A stretch of DNA of 36,694 nucleotides from an uncultured virus (IMG/VR IMGVR_UViG_3300000304_000066) (lineage: Duplodnaviria > Heunggongvirae > Uroviricota > Caudoviricetes). Below, in pieces: positions 1 through 7,901 of the stretch. The notes beneath the pieces were generated by a model. That model did no database searches and was not told the DNA's origin. It saw only the letters and a list, made by a program, of their open reading frames with translations. The stretch's first letter is position 1. Each line of letters opens with the position of its first letter. Location: the IMG/VR virus record IMGVR_UViG_3300000304_000066; one strand, 5' to 3'. Both the position numbers and the translations under genes were made by a program.

Positions 1-594
1 TTTGCTCACTACGCGGTAGAGGGCATGGAAAACGAGGATGGTACTAAAGGTCCTCACTGGACGGTTGAAGAGACAACGTCCGTTGCCAATAAATTAGGCA
101 TAGATTTGAAATCAGAGAAACATAATAAGTGGGACTGGTACGTTGCTATGAATATGGTTTATTCAGATTTTTATAAGGCAGTAGTAGCAATGACTGGTAG
201 CGCTAATACCAAATACTTTGCAGAATTAGCTAAAGCTTGGCTTTGTGACAAAGATATTTCAGAAGGGAAGATGTGGCATTATTATATTTATATAATGTGT
301 GACGAAGACGATCGTGAAGATTACGGACGCGTATACAGCATCCGTGGTGAAATCGGGAACTATGCTAGACGTTTTGATAGAAGTATGTACGATAGAGATG
401 AGGATTACGGTATGTATCCTCATTATAGATATGGTCGTTATAGATACTACGAACCAGAACACGAGTATATGGAACGAGCTCGCATGAAAGGTCGTTATCG
501 TATGGACAATGATAGAGATTATGACGATGACGATACCCGCAGTAAAGAGATGCGAGATAGAGAAAGTCGCAACACATCTGTTAGATATTTCTAA
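1..594 (+). CDS. Conserved hypothetical gut-phage protein (5'-truncated; GPHWT...YVAMNMVYSD helical domain with R/D/Y-rich low-complexity tail)
   Basis: Frame is open from base 1 (FAHYAVEG-MENEDG...), so the true start is probably upstream of the window; TAA at 592-594. Confidence 0.8.
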   Translation, partial: FAHYAVEGMENEDGTKGPHWTVEETTSVANKLGIDLKSEKHNKWDWYVAMNMVYSDFYKAVVAMTGSANTKYFAELAKAWLCDKDISEGKMWHYYIYIMCDEDDREDYGRVYSIRGEIGNYARRFDRSMYDRDEDYGMYPHYRYGRYRYYEPEHEYMERARMKGRYRMDNDRDYDDDDTRSKEMRDRESRNTSVRYF

Positions 595-634
595 TTTATC
601 AAACTATTATAAATCAATTAAAATATAAAATATT

Positions 635-1582
635 ATGTTAGAAAACGAAAGAATAATTGTGCAAGACCGTGGTTATGATGCTGGTCTTGCTGCTTTGATA
701 CAAAATGCCAACAGAGGAAACTGGGATCCAATGGCTATGATGGCAATGTTGAATAACAACGGTGGTTTCGGTGGAAACGGCGGTTGGTGGTGGATCTTCA
801 TCATATTACTCTTCGGAATGTGGGGTGGATGGGGAGGTCGTGGTTTCGGCAATGGTGTTAACCAAGCTGAGACTAATGCTGACTTCGCTCGTTTAGCTGC
901 TATGGGTAACCAAAATAACAACACCGATTTGTTGATGCAGGCTATCAATGGTAACAAAGATGCTATTAATTCTCTTGCTACTAATTTGAATTGTGACATC
1001 AAGTCTATTGATAATGCTTTGTGTTCTATTCAGAACGCAATTGGTAAAGTATGTGGTGAAGTAGGTTTCTCTGCAGAAAGAGTAATCAACGCGGTTAATG
1101 CTGGTGATTGTAACATTATCAAAGCTATTAGTGACTGTTGCTGCACAACCCAGCGTAGTATAGATTCAGTTAATCTGAACATTACTAAGATGGGTTATGA
1201 AAATCAATTGGCTAACTGTAACCAAACTAATACCTTGCAGAATGCTATTACTTCAGGATTTAATTCCTTGTTAGCAGATAATGCAACTAAGTTTAGTATT
1301 ATAGGTGATAAGATTGATGCTCAGACAGCAATTATCAATGACAAATTCTGTCAATTAGAGATGAGAGAAATGCAGAATAAGATTGATACTTTGCGTGAAG
1401 AGAAGAACGCATTACAATCTTCTGCATTGTTACAACAGCAAACACAAAATATCGTTAATCAAGTTAGACCGTGTCCGGTTCCTGCTTACTTGACTTGTAA
1501 TCCTTGGGGTTGTAATGCAGGTTTAGGTTACGGTTACGGATATGGCTACAATGGTTATAGCGACGGTTGTGGTTGCTGCTAA
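635..1582 (+). CDS. Hypothetical membrane-anchored coiled-coil protein (Gly/Asn-rich, WWWIFIILLF TM segment, CCC motif, GY-repeat/GCGCC tail)
   Basis: 315-aa ORF; hydrophobic segment flanked by Gly-rich linkers, heptad-like Asn/Gln/Ile region, many Cys. Confidence 0.85.
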   Translation: MLENERIIVQDRGYDAGLAALIQNANRGNWDPMAMMAMLNNNGGFGGNGGWWWIFIILLFGMWGGWGGRGFGNGVNQAETNADFARLAAMGNQNNNTDLLMQAINGNKDAINSLATNLNCDIKSIDNALCSIQNAIGKVCGEVGFSAERVINAVNAGDCNIIKAISDCCCTTQRSIDSVNLNITKMGYENQLANCNQTNTLQNAITSGFNSLLADNATKFSIIGDKIDAQTAIINDKFCQLEMREMQNKIDTLREEKNALQSSALLQQQTQNIVNQVRPCPVPAYLTCNPWGCNAGLGYGYGYGYNGYSDGCGCC

Positions 1583-1585
1583 TAA

Positions 1586-1597
1586 AGAAAGGAGGTG
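1586..1597 (+). promoter_or_regulatory. Extended Shine-Dalgarno AGAAAGGAGGTG upstream of ATG 1601
   Basis: 12-nt purine tract complementary to a CACCUCCUUUCU 16S rRNA 3' tail; AGGAGG core ends 5 nt before ATG. Confidence 0.7.
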
Positions 1598-1600
1598 AAT

Positions 1601-1990
1601 ATGTATCCTTTCTTTAATAGAGCTCTGGTTAAAAGATTAGACAGAGTTATTCCTAAATTGATAACTATCAGTATAAGTGAAAATACTACATCAGTAGCAT
1701 TAGGTATTTGTCCCAGAGTATGGTGTCAACTACCATGTGAAGGTGTAATAGTATTAGAAGTAAGACAAACTCCAACAACAGCCGCTGCTTCATTACCAGT
1801 ATTTATTTCTACTACAGGATCAGTTAGTCCTGCAGCAAATAATAATAATATCCCACTGGTAAATGCTTCTAGTGCACCAATTGTTGGGTCTCAAATAAGC
1901 GCAGGTAATAGATACATTGTTTACTACAATAAATGTGAACGTGTAATGCAGTTAATGAATTATACTCCGGCTGCTCCTGCTGCTGCTTAA
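1601..1990 (+). CDS. Hypothetical small beta-rich protein
   Basis: ORF track start is the GTG at 1595, which lies inside the SD; ATG 1601 preferred. 129 aa, alternating hydrophobic pattern, several Cys. Confidence 0.8.
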   Translation: MYPFFNRALVKRLDRVIPKLITISISENTTSVALGICPRVWCQLPCEGVIVLEVRQTPTTAAASLPVFISTTGSVSPAANNNNIPLVNASSAPIVGSQISAGNRYIVYYNKCERVMQLMNYTPAAPAAA

Positions 1991-2014
1991 GGCTGCTTTA
2001 TATATTAATTAAGT

Positions 2015-2049
2015 ATATGGGCAGCTATGAGAGTTGCCCATATTCTTTT
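2015..2049 (+). terminator. Intergenic stem-loop (terminator-like or RNA-processing hairpin)
   Basis: ATATGGGCAGCT (2015-2026) pairs with AGTTGCCCATAT (2032-2043) with one G-U, followed by TCTTTT. Confidence 0.55.
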
Positions 2050-2062
2050 AAATTTAAAAGAT

Positions 2063-2641
2063 ATGACATTCTCTCAGTTAACATCGGGTACTAAAATACA
2101 CGTACTCGAAATAACAGGTACATTCAAAAAGAATACTACGTACAGTTTAGGGACAGTAATAAGTGTATCAAAACCCTATGATGAACCACTGCCACCATCA
2201 CAATTCCCAATGTCTATGCAAAATAGACGTAAATTAGTAGATTTAATAATTTCTTGTGATGGTGAACAAAAGAAACTGTCAGTATCTGAAGATAAGACAA
2301 TAATGACTGATTCTACTATCGGTCTTACTATAGCCACAGACAAATCACAAATTGTAAACATGGTAAGGCAATCTCTTACAGATTATCAAATTAAAAGAGA
2401 TAACTTAAGTAAGATCGATGAAGAGATAAGGAGATGTGAAGACATCTTAAAACTACTTAACTCAAATTCGGACATAACAACCAATGTGACAAAAGATTTC
2501 AGAGAATTTGATGATTTAAAAGCCGAAGTCAAAGAGCTTAAACAACTTTTACAAAATGTATCTGTTGTTCGTCCGGAAATTAATAATACAAATCCACCTA
2601 AATCTACTGTAATTGCTAAAGTAGAATCACAGGGGGAATAA
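2063..2641 (+). CDS. Hypothetical protein (beta-rich N-terminal domain plus C-terminal coiled coil)
   Basis: ATG 2027 lies in the hairpin loop; ATG 2063 (MTFSQLTSG) follows an A-rich leader typical of Bacteroidota starts. Confidence 0.8.
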   Translation: MTFSQLTSGTKIHVLEITGTFKKNTTYSLGTVISVSKPYDEPLPPSQFPMSMQNRRKLVDLIISCDGEQKKLSVSEDKTIMTDSTIGLTIATDKSQIVNMVRQSLTDYQIKRDNLSKIDEEIRRCEDILKLLNSNSDITTNVTKDFREFDDLKAEVKELKQLLQNVSVVRPEINNTNPPKSTVIAKVESQGE

Positions 2642-2662
2642 AATATAAATGAAATCTTACAC

Positions 2663-2692
2663 AAAGGTTGGCTATTTAGTCAACCTTTTTTA
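2663..2692 (+). terminator. Rho-independent terminator
   Basis: AAAGGTTGGCT-ATTT-AGTCAACCTTT stem (one G-U) running into a T tract, between the 5' module and the tail-fibre gene. Confidence 0.8.
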
Positions 2693-2704
2693 TTATATAT
2701 ACAT

Positions 2705-4414
2705 ATGAATACATTATATAACAATAAATACGATATACTTGCTAGTACAATTCAACCAAACCCGATATCTGCTAAATATTGGGCAGATTTGTCTTCTAAC
2801 CCTCATGGTGGTGATTTGAAATATTTTAATGGTGAAAAGTGGGTTTTAGTGAACGACAAAGCTACTACAGATATTGATTCCATAGAACAGGATATTGAGG
2901 CATTGGAAACGGCAATGCTAAACAAAGTAGATAAAGATGGGTCTAAAGTATTGTCTGATAATAATTACACTACTGAGGAAAAGAACAAACTTGCTGGGTT
3001 AAATAACTATACATTACCTGAAGCGTCTTCTTCTGCTCTTGGTGGTATCAAAGTAGGCTATACTTCCACAGATACAAAGAAAGCTGTAGAGTTGGAAGAT
3101 GGTGCAGCTTATGTAGATGTAAGTGGTATTGTCTTTGACGTTAATAACATGCCTTATGCAGAAAGTATTTACTCTTATGGTGTTAGCTGGTCTACTGGTT
3201 CTTTGAATGCTACTTTAGCTAGAATTGGTAACTTAGATTTGCATAGATCTTTACCTATCCAGAGTAAGATGAAGGGATGTACATTGTCTGATGCCGGCAC
3301 AGTTAACCATTACTTCAATGCAGATTGGACACAGAATGAAGATGGTACTCCTATTGTTAAAGACGGTTCTGATGGTATGGTAATGATTGAGATACCTGAG
3401 TTCTATGTAAAATGCACTGACGAGAATGGTATTAGTAGTATGAGTATCTCTGAGTATCCTCTTACTGGGTTTACTAAGGTTAGCAAACAATATATATCTG
3501 CTTATGAAGCAACTATTGATAGAACTACTTCTGATAGTTTGAAATTGGCATCTGTAGTAAATACTACTGCTAACTTTAGAGGTGGTAATAACAATGCTGA
3601 AAGAGATGAATTGGATACTACTCAACTTGGTATGCCATCAACTTCTACTACAAGAGCTAACTTTAGAAATTATGCTAGAAACAGAGGTGCTAGTTGGAAT
3701 ATGTTAGACTTCTTTGCTACTAATGCTGTATGGTTGTTGTTTACTATAGAATATGCTACTTGGAACTCTCAAGCTGCTTTTAATAGTGCATTAACAGCAG
3801 ATGGGTTCAAACAGGGTGGACTTGGTAATGGCGTTACTAGTGTAAACAGCAATGATTGGAATACATTCAACGGATATTATCCTTTGGTTCCTTGCGGTAC
3901 TAGTGATAGTTTGGGTAATAACTCAGGTGAAGTAGAATATACTCTTCCTGCATCTTTCAAAGCAGATACTACTACGACTGTTAAAGTTTGTAGATATAGA
4001 GGTATTGAGAATCCATTTGGTCATTTATTTAAGAATGTAGATGGTATCATATTTGATGTTAAATCTGATGCGGATGGTGGTACCAGTACTATTTATCTAG
4101 CAGATGATGAGGCTAATTATGGAGATACTGTTACAGAACACTTCACCGAATTAGGTCGATTACCGAGGGATTCTGGGTATGTTTCTAATACTTTCCTTGG
4201 TACGTTCTTACCTTCTGCAGCTACTGGAGCAGGTTCTACTACTGGTAGATGTGATTATTTCTATACTAATATTTACAGTAGTTCTTTAAGAACATTACTG
4301 AACGGCGGTCATGCGAATTCTGGTGCGCCTGCGGGCTTTGGCTTCGTTTCTTCGTCTGCTGCGGTTGGTTCTTCTACTGCGGATTTTGGGTCTCGTTTGG
4401 TTTATAGAGCTTAA
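2705..4414 (+). CDS. Tail fibre / receptor-binding protein, DGR target with C-terminal C-type-lectin-like variable domain
   Basis: N-terminal ASTIQPNP..KYWADLS..PHGG fibre-attachment-like motif, coiled coil, KVDK..LSDNNYTTEEKNKLAGL and YTLPEASSSALGGIKVG fibre repeats, YRGIENPFG motif, terminal GG..A..G..AG...GSRL segment that coincides with the VR. Confidence 0.88.
   Translation: MNTLYNNKYDILASTIQPNPISAKYWADLSSNPHGGDLKYFNGEKWVLVNDKATTDIDSIEQDIEALETAMLNKVDKDGSKVLSDNNYTTEEKNKLAGLNNYTLPEASSSALGGIKVGYTSTDTKKAVELEDGAAYVDVSGIVFDVNNMPYAESIYSYGVSWSTGSLNATLARIGNLDLHRSLPIQSKMKGCTLSDAGTVNHYFNADWTQNEDGTPIVKDGSDGMVMIEIPEFYVKCTDENGISSMSISEYPLTGFTKVSKQYISAYEATIDRTTSDSLKLASVVNTTANFRGGNNNAERDELDTTQLGMPSTSTTRANFRNYARNRGASWNMLDFFATNAVWLLFTIEYATWNSQAAFNSALTADGFKQGGLGNGVTSVNSNDWNTFNGYYPLVPCGTSDSLGNNSGEVEYTLPASFKADTTTTVKVCRYRGIENPFGHLFKNVDGIIFDVKSDADGGTSTIYLADDEANYGDTVTEHFTELGRLPRDSGYVSNTFLGTFLPSAATGAGSTTGRCDYFYTNIYSSSLRTLLNGGHANSGAPAGFGFVSSSAAVGSSTADFGSRLVYRA
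4301..4394 (+). repeat. DGR variable repeat (VR)
   Basis: 94-nt ungapped alignment to 4443-4536; 27 mismatches, all opposite an A in TR; lies in the last ~37 codons of the target gene. Confidence 0.96.
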
Positions 4415-4420
4415 ATAATA

Positions 4421-4646
4421 AAACAGGTTAGAAATGAGTAAAAACAGCAGTAATGCGAATAATAGTGCGAATGCAGGCATTAGCTACGTTAATTCGAATA
4501 ATGCAGTTAGTAATACTAATGCGAATTATAGGTCTCAGAAAATTTATCACGTTTTGTTTCTAACCTTGCCTCTTGGCAAAAGATAACTTTAAACCCAACA
4601 GCGTTAGTAGCTTAAAGCAAACGCTCTGTTTACTCCAAATTTTACT
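4421..4646 (+). ncRNA. Putative DGR template RNA (TR with flanking duplex and 3' spacer hairpins)
   Basis: AGGTTAGAAA (4425-4434) is the exact reverse complement of TTTCTAACCT (4557-4566) and brackets the TR; hairpins TTGCC-TCTT-GGCAA (4566-4579) and AACAGCGTT...AACGCTCTGTT (4597-4630). Transcript ends unknown. Confidence 0.7.
4443..4536 (+). repeat. DGR template repeat (TR)
   Basis: Non-coding copy rich in AAT triplets (10 AAT + 1 AAC in VR frame); 34 adenines, 27 substituted in VR, all non-A positions identical. Confidence 0.96.
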
Positions 4647-5894
4647 ATGAAAAGAATATCTAACATATTTCACAAAATAATAGATTACAACAATATAATA
4701 TTAGCAGATGAGAATGCTAGAAGGAATAAGTCAAAGACTTATGGGGTTAAAATACATGATCGCAACAAAGAAGCGAACCTAAAGAAATTGCAGGAAGCCT
4801 TTACCAACTTAACCTACAAAACATCAGAATATTTTGTATTTAAGATTTATGAACCAAAGGAAAGAGAAATATATAGATTACCATACTTTCCAGATCGTAT
4901 AGCACATCATGCTCTCATGAATCAATTAGAGCCTATATGGGAGAAGTTATTTATACATACTTCTTATGCTTGTAGAAAGAAGAAAGGTATTCATAAGGCT
5001 GTACAAGATATTAAGAAAGTATTAAGGAGAGATAAAGAGAATACTAAATACTGTCTTAAGTTAGATGTAAAGAAGTTTTATCCATCTATTGATCACGATA
5101 TTCTAAAGTCCATAGTAAGGAGAAAGATTAAAGATAGTAAAGCCTTAACCTTACTAGATGAGATAATTGATTCTGCTGCTGGGGTTCCTATTGGTAATTA
5201 CTTGTCACAATACTTTGCTAACCTATACCTAACTTACTTTGATCATTGGATAAAAGAAGTTAAAAGAGTTAAATATTACTTTAGATATGCTGATGATATA
5301 GTAACGTTTAGCAATAACAAAGAAGATCTTCATGAATTAAGGAAGGATATAGAAGAGTACTTAAGTAGTAATTTGAAACTACGATTAAAGCGTAATTATC
5401 AAATATTTCCGTTAGACTCTAGAGGACTAGACTTTGTTGGATATAAGTTCTTTCATACTCATACTTTACTTAGGAAAAGTATAAAGTTAGGTCTCTATAA
5501 ATCACTACGTAAATTACGTAAATGGAAAAGATCATCTAAATATATTCAAAAGAAGCTATGTGCTTACTTTGGTTGGTTGAAGTTTTGTAACTCAAAACAT
5601 TTGTGTAAGAAACATATAAATGACTTATGTGGCAAACATTCAATACCTAAACCTTGCCATATAGTAGCCAAGGAAGATATAATAACAAATATAATTGATA
5701 AAGAGATAAAGATATTATATTTTCAAAGGTATAGTAAATATACCAAGATATATGTTAAAACTAACAAGATGTTGTGTGTAAAGTCTAAAAGTAAAAGAAT
5801 CTTTAGTTTATTAGTTTCTGAAGTAATGCCTGCACACACTTATATATTAACTCTCAAAAATAATATTTATAAATTATATGAAATCTCAATCTAA
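4647..5894 (+). CDS. DGR reverse transcriptase with C-terminal extension
   Basis: Motifs YACRKKKGIHKA, CLKLDVKKFYPSIDH, GVPIGNYLSQYFANLYL (DGR-type SQ motif), YFRYADD, GLDFVGY; directly downstream of TR. Confidence 0.96.
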   Translation: MKRISNIFHKIIDYNNIILADENARRNKSKTYGVKIHDRNKEANLKKLQEAFTNLTYKTSEYFVFKIYEPKEREIYRLPYFPDRIAHHALMNQLEPIWEKLFIHTSYACRKKKGIHKAVQDIKKVLRRDKENTKYCLKLDVKKFYPSIDHDILKSIVRRKIKDSKALTLLDEIIDSAAGVPIGNYLSQYFANLYLTYFDHWIKEVKRVKYYFRYADDIVTFSNNKEDLHELRKDIEEYLSSNLKLRLKRNYQIFPLDSRGLDFVGYKFFHTHTLLRKSIKLGLYKSLRKLRKWKRSSKYIQKKLCAYFGWLKFCNSKHLCKKHINDLCGKHSIPKPCHIVAKEDIITNIIDKEIKILYFQRYSKYTKIYVKTNKMLCVKSKSKRIFSLLVSEVMPAHTYILTLKNNIYKLYEISI

Positions 5895-6213
5895 TGAATA
5901 TCCAGCAATGATACAAAGACTGGATGATAAGTCATATGCATTCAACTACAATATACAAGAGAAGAGCAATGAGGATGTAGTATATTATGAATTTGACCAG
6001 GTAATTGTGAATGAATCAAATATTGATGGTAACTCTATCCTCAGACAGGTATTGGTTGATAATTGGGATGTAAATCAGCAATTGAAACTTGCTAACGATT
6101 ACTTTGCTTATCAGCTAGGTATATTGTCAGATGAGAAGTATAAAACTAGATACGAAGACTTTTTAAGCTTCAGAGCTGCGATTAAGTCAAAAATAGATAA
6201 AGTTATTATTTAA
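5878..6213 (+). CDS. Hypothetical protein (possible tail-fibre-associated or DGR accessory protein)
   Basis: 111-aa ORF overlapping RT stop by 17 nt and coupled to next gene via TAATG. Confidence 0.75.
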   Translation: MKSQSNEYPAMIQRLDDKSYAFNYNIQEKSNEDVVYYEFDQVIVNESNIDGNSILRQVLVDNWDVNQQLKLANDYFAYQLGILSDEKYKTRYEDFLSFRAAIKSKIDKVII

Positions 6214-6635
6214 TGAAACTAACATTAAATAGAATACTCTTAGGTAAGGAAGCAACTATTGGGGAATTACTAGTAAACAATGAATATCAGTGTGATACAT
6301 TAGAAGATCGAGTAAGACCAGATGGTGAAAAAGTATACGGTAAAACAGCAATACCTGCTGGTACATATACTGTAGTGTTGTCATACTCTCCTAGATTTAA
6401 AAAGATATTACCTGAAGTAAAAGATGTACCTAACTTCACAGGTATACGTATACATACTGGTAATGACGCTGGGGATACAGAAGGATGTATTTTAGTAGGT
6501 ACTTGGGATGGTAAAAAAGAGAATTGGATTTCTAATTCTAGAGTAGCATTTAACAAACTTATGACTAAATTACAAGCAGCTACAGATAAAAAAGAAAAGA
6601 TTACAATAACAATTAATAATAATTATAATGTTTGA
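6213..6635 (+). CDS. DUF5675-family protein (L,D-transpeptidase-like His/Cys motif)
   Basis: Motifs TIGEL..CDTLED..TAIPAGTY..SPRFKK.LP..VPNFTGIRIHTGN...DTEGCILVG. Confidence 0.85.
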   Translation: MKLTLNRILLGKEATIGELLVNNEYQCDTLEDRVRPDGEKVYGKTAIPAGTYTVVLSYSPRFKKILPEVKDVPNFTGIRIHTGNDAGDTEGCILVGTWDGKKENWISNSRVAFNKLMTKLQAATDKKEKITITINNNYNV

Positions 6636-6765
6636 TAATACTAAAAAATATGGTATAATAACCAAAGATGGTTATGTTAGTGTTGGTGCACCAAATCCTG
6701 ATGGCGGTATTGCATTACAATACACACCTGATCAGTTAGTAGGACATTATTTTGAAATAGTATAA
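6628..6765 (+). CDS. Small hypothetical protein, 45 aa (not in ORF track)
   Basis: MFDNTKKYGIITKDGYVSVGAPNPDGGIALQYTPDQLVGHYFEIV*; overlaps the upstream stop and ends 4 nt before the next ATG, exactly filling the gap. Confidence 0.6.
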   Translation: MFDNTKKYGIITKDGYVSVGAPNPDGGIALQYTPDQLVGHYFEIV

Positions 6766-6769
6766 GGTT

Positions 6770-7897
6770 ATGAACATAGAAGAGAAGTATAACAAGTTAT
6801 ATGACACCTACTTTAATGATTTCATGCACGTAGGTGATAGTAGAAACAAAGGTGAAAATATTCCTTGGGAATCTATTACTAATGGTAAAATCTACGTAGG
6901 TGACGGTACCATTAATCTATCTTTGTTAATGCAGTTCATATATGTTTGTAATTTAAATGGCATTGAAACTCCAGTAACAATGGATCAATGCCTGACTAAA
7001 TTATACAAATTAGTAAATGAAGCTTATGAATTTTATAATAAGGCATTCAACATGTATCTTCCGTTCTACTCTGGATTTTTCATGCGTGATGATGTAACAG
7101 ATAAGAATGTATACATTGGTGGTTACGCAGGATTACACGATGAGAATAAAGAAGATCCTTGTTATTCACCCTTTGTAAGCCAAGATCAGGTGTGGAATCT
7201 TAATCCTATCCTTATGGCTGTAACACAATCTAATATGTATGATCAAGAAGTAAGGGATAAAGCAGCTTCATTTGGTAAAGTTATTAACAAGTATATTAAA
7301 GATAACAACTATACTGTATATGATCCATACTTGAGCTACATTAAACATTACTTTACATATTTACCAAATACTAAGTTATCTTTAGATGAAAGAAAGAAAG
7401 ATAGATACGATAACTTTAAACCTTTTATAAAGGTAAAAAGAGGAGCTAACAATTGGTATTACTCTGGAGGAACTAAATCTTGTGTTGATGCTTTTACAAA
7501 TAAACAAAAGCAATACAAAGGTACACTTAGAACCTTCTTGTATAAATGTACTATCTTTGCTATAGATAGGATATATGAACCAATACTTAGATTATTTGGT
7601 AAAGAATTCAAACACAATTCATATAACTGTTATGCTTCTACTTCAGGTATATGGTACAATAGTAATTATCCAACACGTGTAGCAAATCAATTGAATAAGA
7701 GTTTAGCAAATAAAAAAGAATTCTACAATTGGAATACAGATTTGTTATCCGGCGATAGCAATAAGATTAATTGGGAGTTAGTAAAACAATGGTTAGAAGA
7801 TTATAATATTGTTGAAACTAACACTATTGTTAGCCCAATTCAATACTTGTGTGTATATCAATGGTATAAAAAACATTTAAACGATTTAAACAAATAA
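6770..7897 (+). CDS. Hypothetical protein (Tyr/Asn-rich, helical)
   Basis: 375-aa ORF in operon context; motifs GDGTINL, SPFVSQDQVWNL, VKRGANNWYYSGG; no function recognised. Confidence 0.8.
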   Translation: MNIEEKYNKLYDTYFNDFMHVGDSRNKGENIPWESITNGKIYVGDGTINLSLLMQFIYVCNLNGIETPVTMDQCLTKLYKLVNEAYEFYNKAFNMYLPFYSGFFMRDDVTDKNVYIGGYAGLHDENKEDPCYSPFVSQDQVWNLNPILMAVTQSNMYDQEVRDKAASFGKVINKYIKDNNYTVYDPYLSYIKHYFTYLPNTKLSLDERKKDRYDNFKPFIKVKRGANNWYYSGGTKSCVDAFTNKQKQYKGTLRTFLYKCTIFAIDRIYEPILRLFGKEFKHNSYNCYASTSGIWYNSNYPTRVANQLNKSLANKKEFYNWNTDLLSGDSNKINWELVKQWLEDYNIVETNTIVSPIQYLCVYQWYKKHLNDLNK

Positions 7898-7901
7898 CAA
7901 T

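Larger units (their letters stand above)
2705..5894 (+). mobile_element. Diversity-generating retroelement cassette (target-VR, TR, RT)
   Basis: VR/TR pair with adenine-only mismatches plus intact DGR-class RT. Confidence 0.95.

Noticed and set aside
4647..5894. RT as a group II intron, retron or Abi-type enzyme
   Set aside because: GNYLSQ motif plus adjacent TR/VR with adenine-only mismatches identify a DGR RT; no maturase/endonuclease domain or msr-msd arrangement seen.
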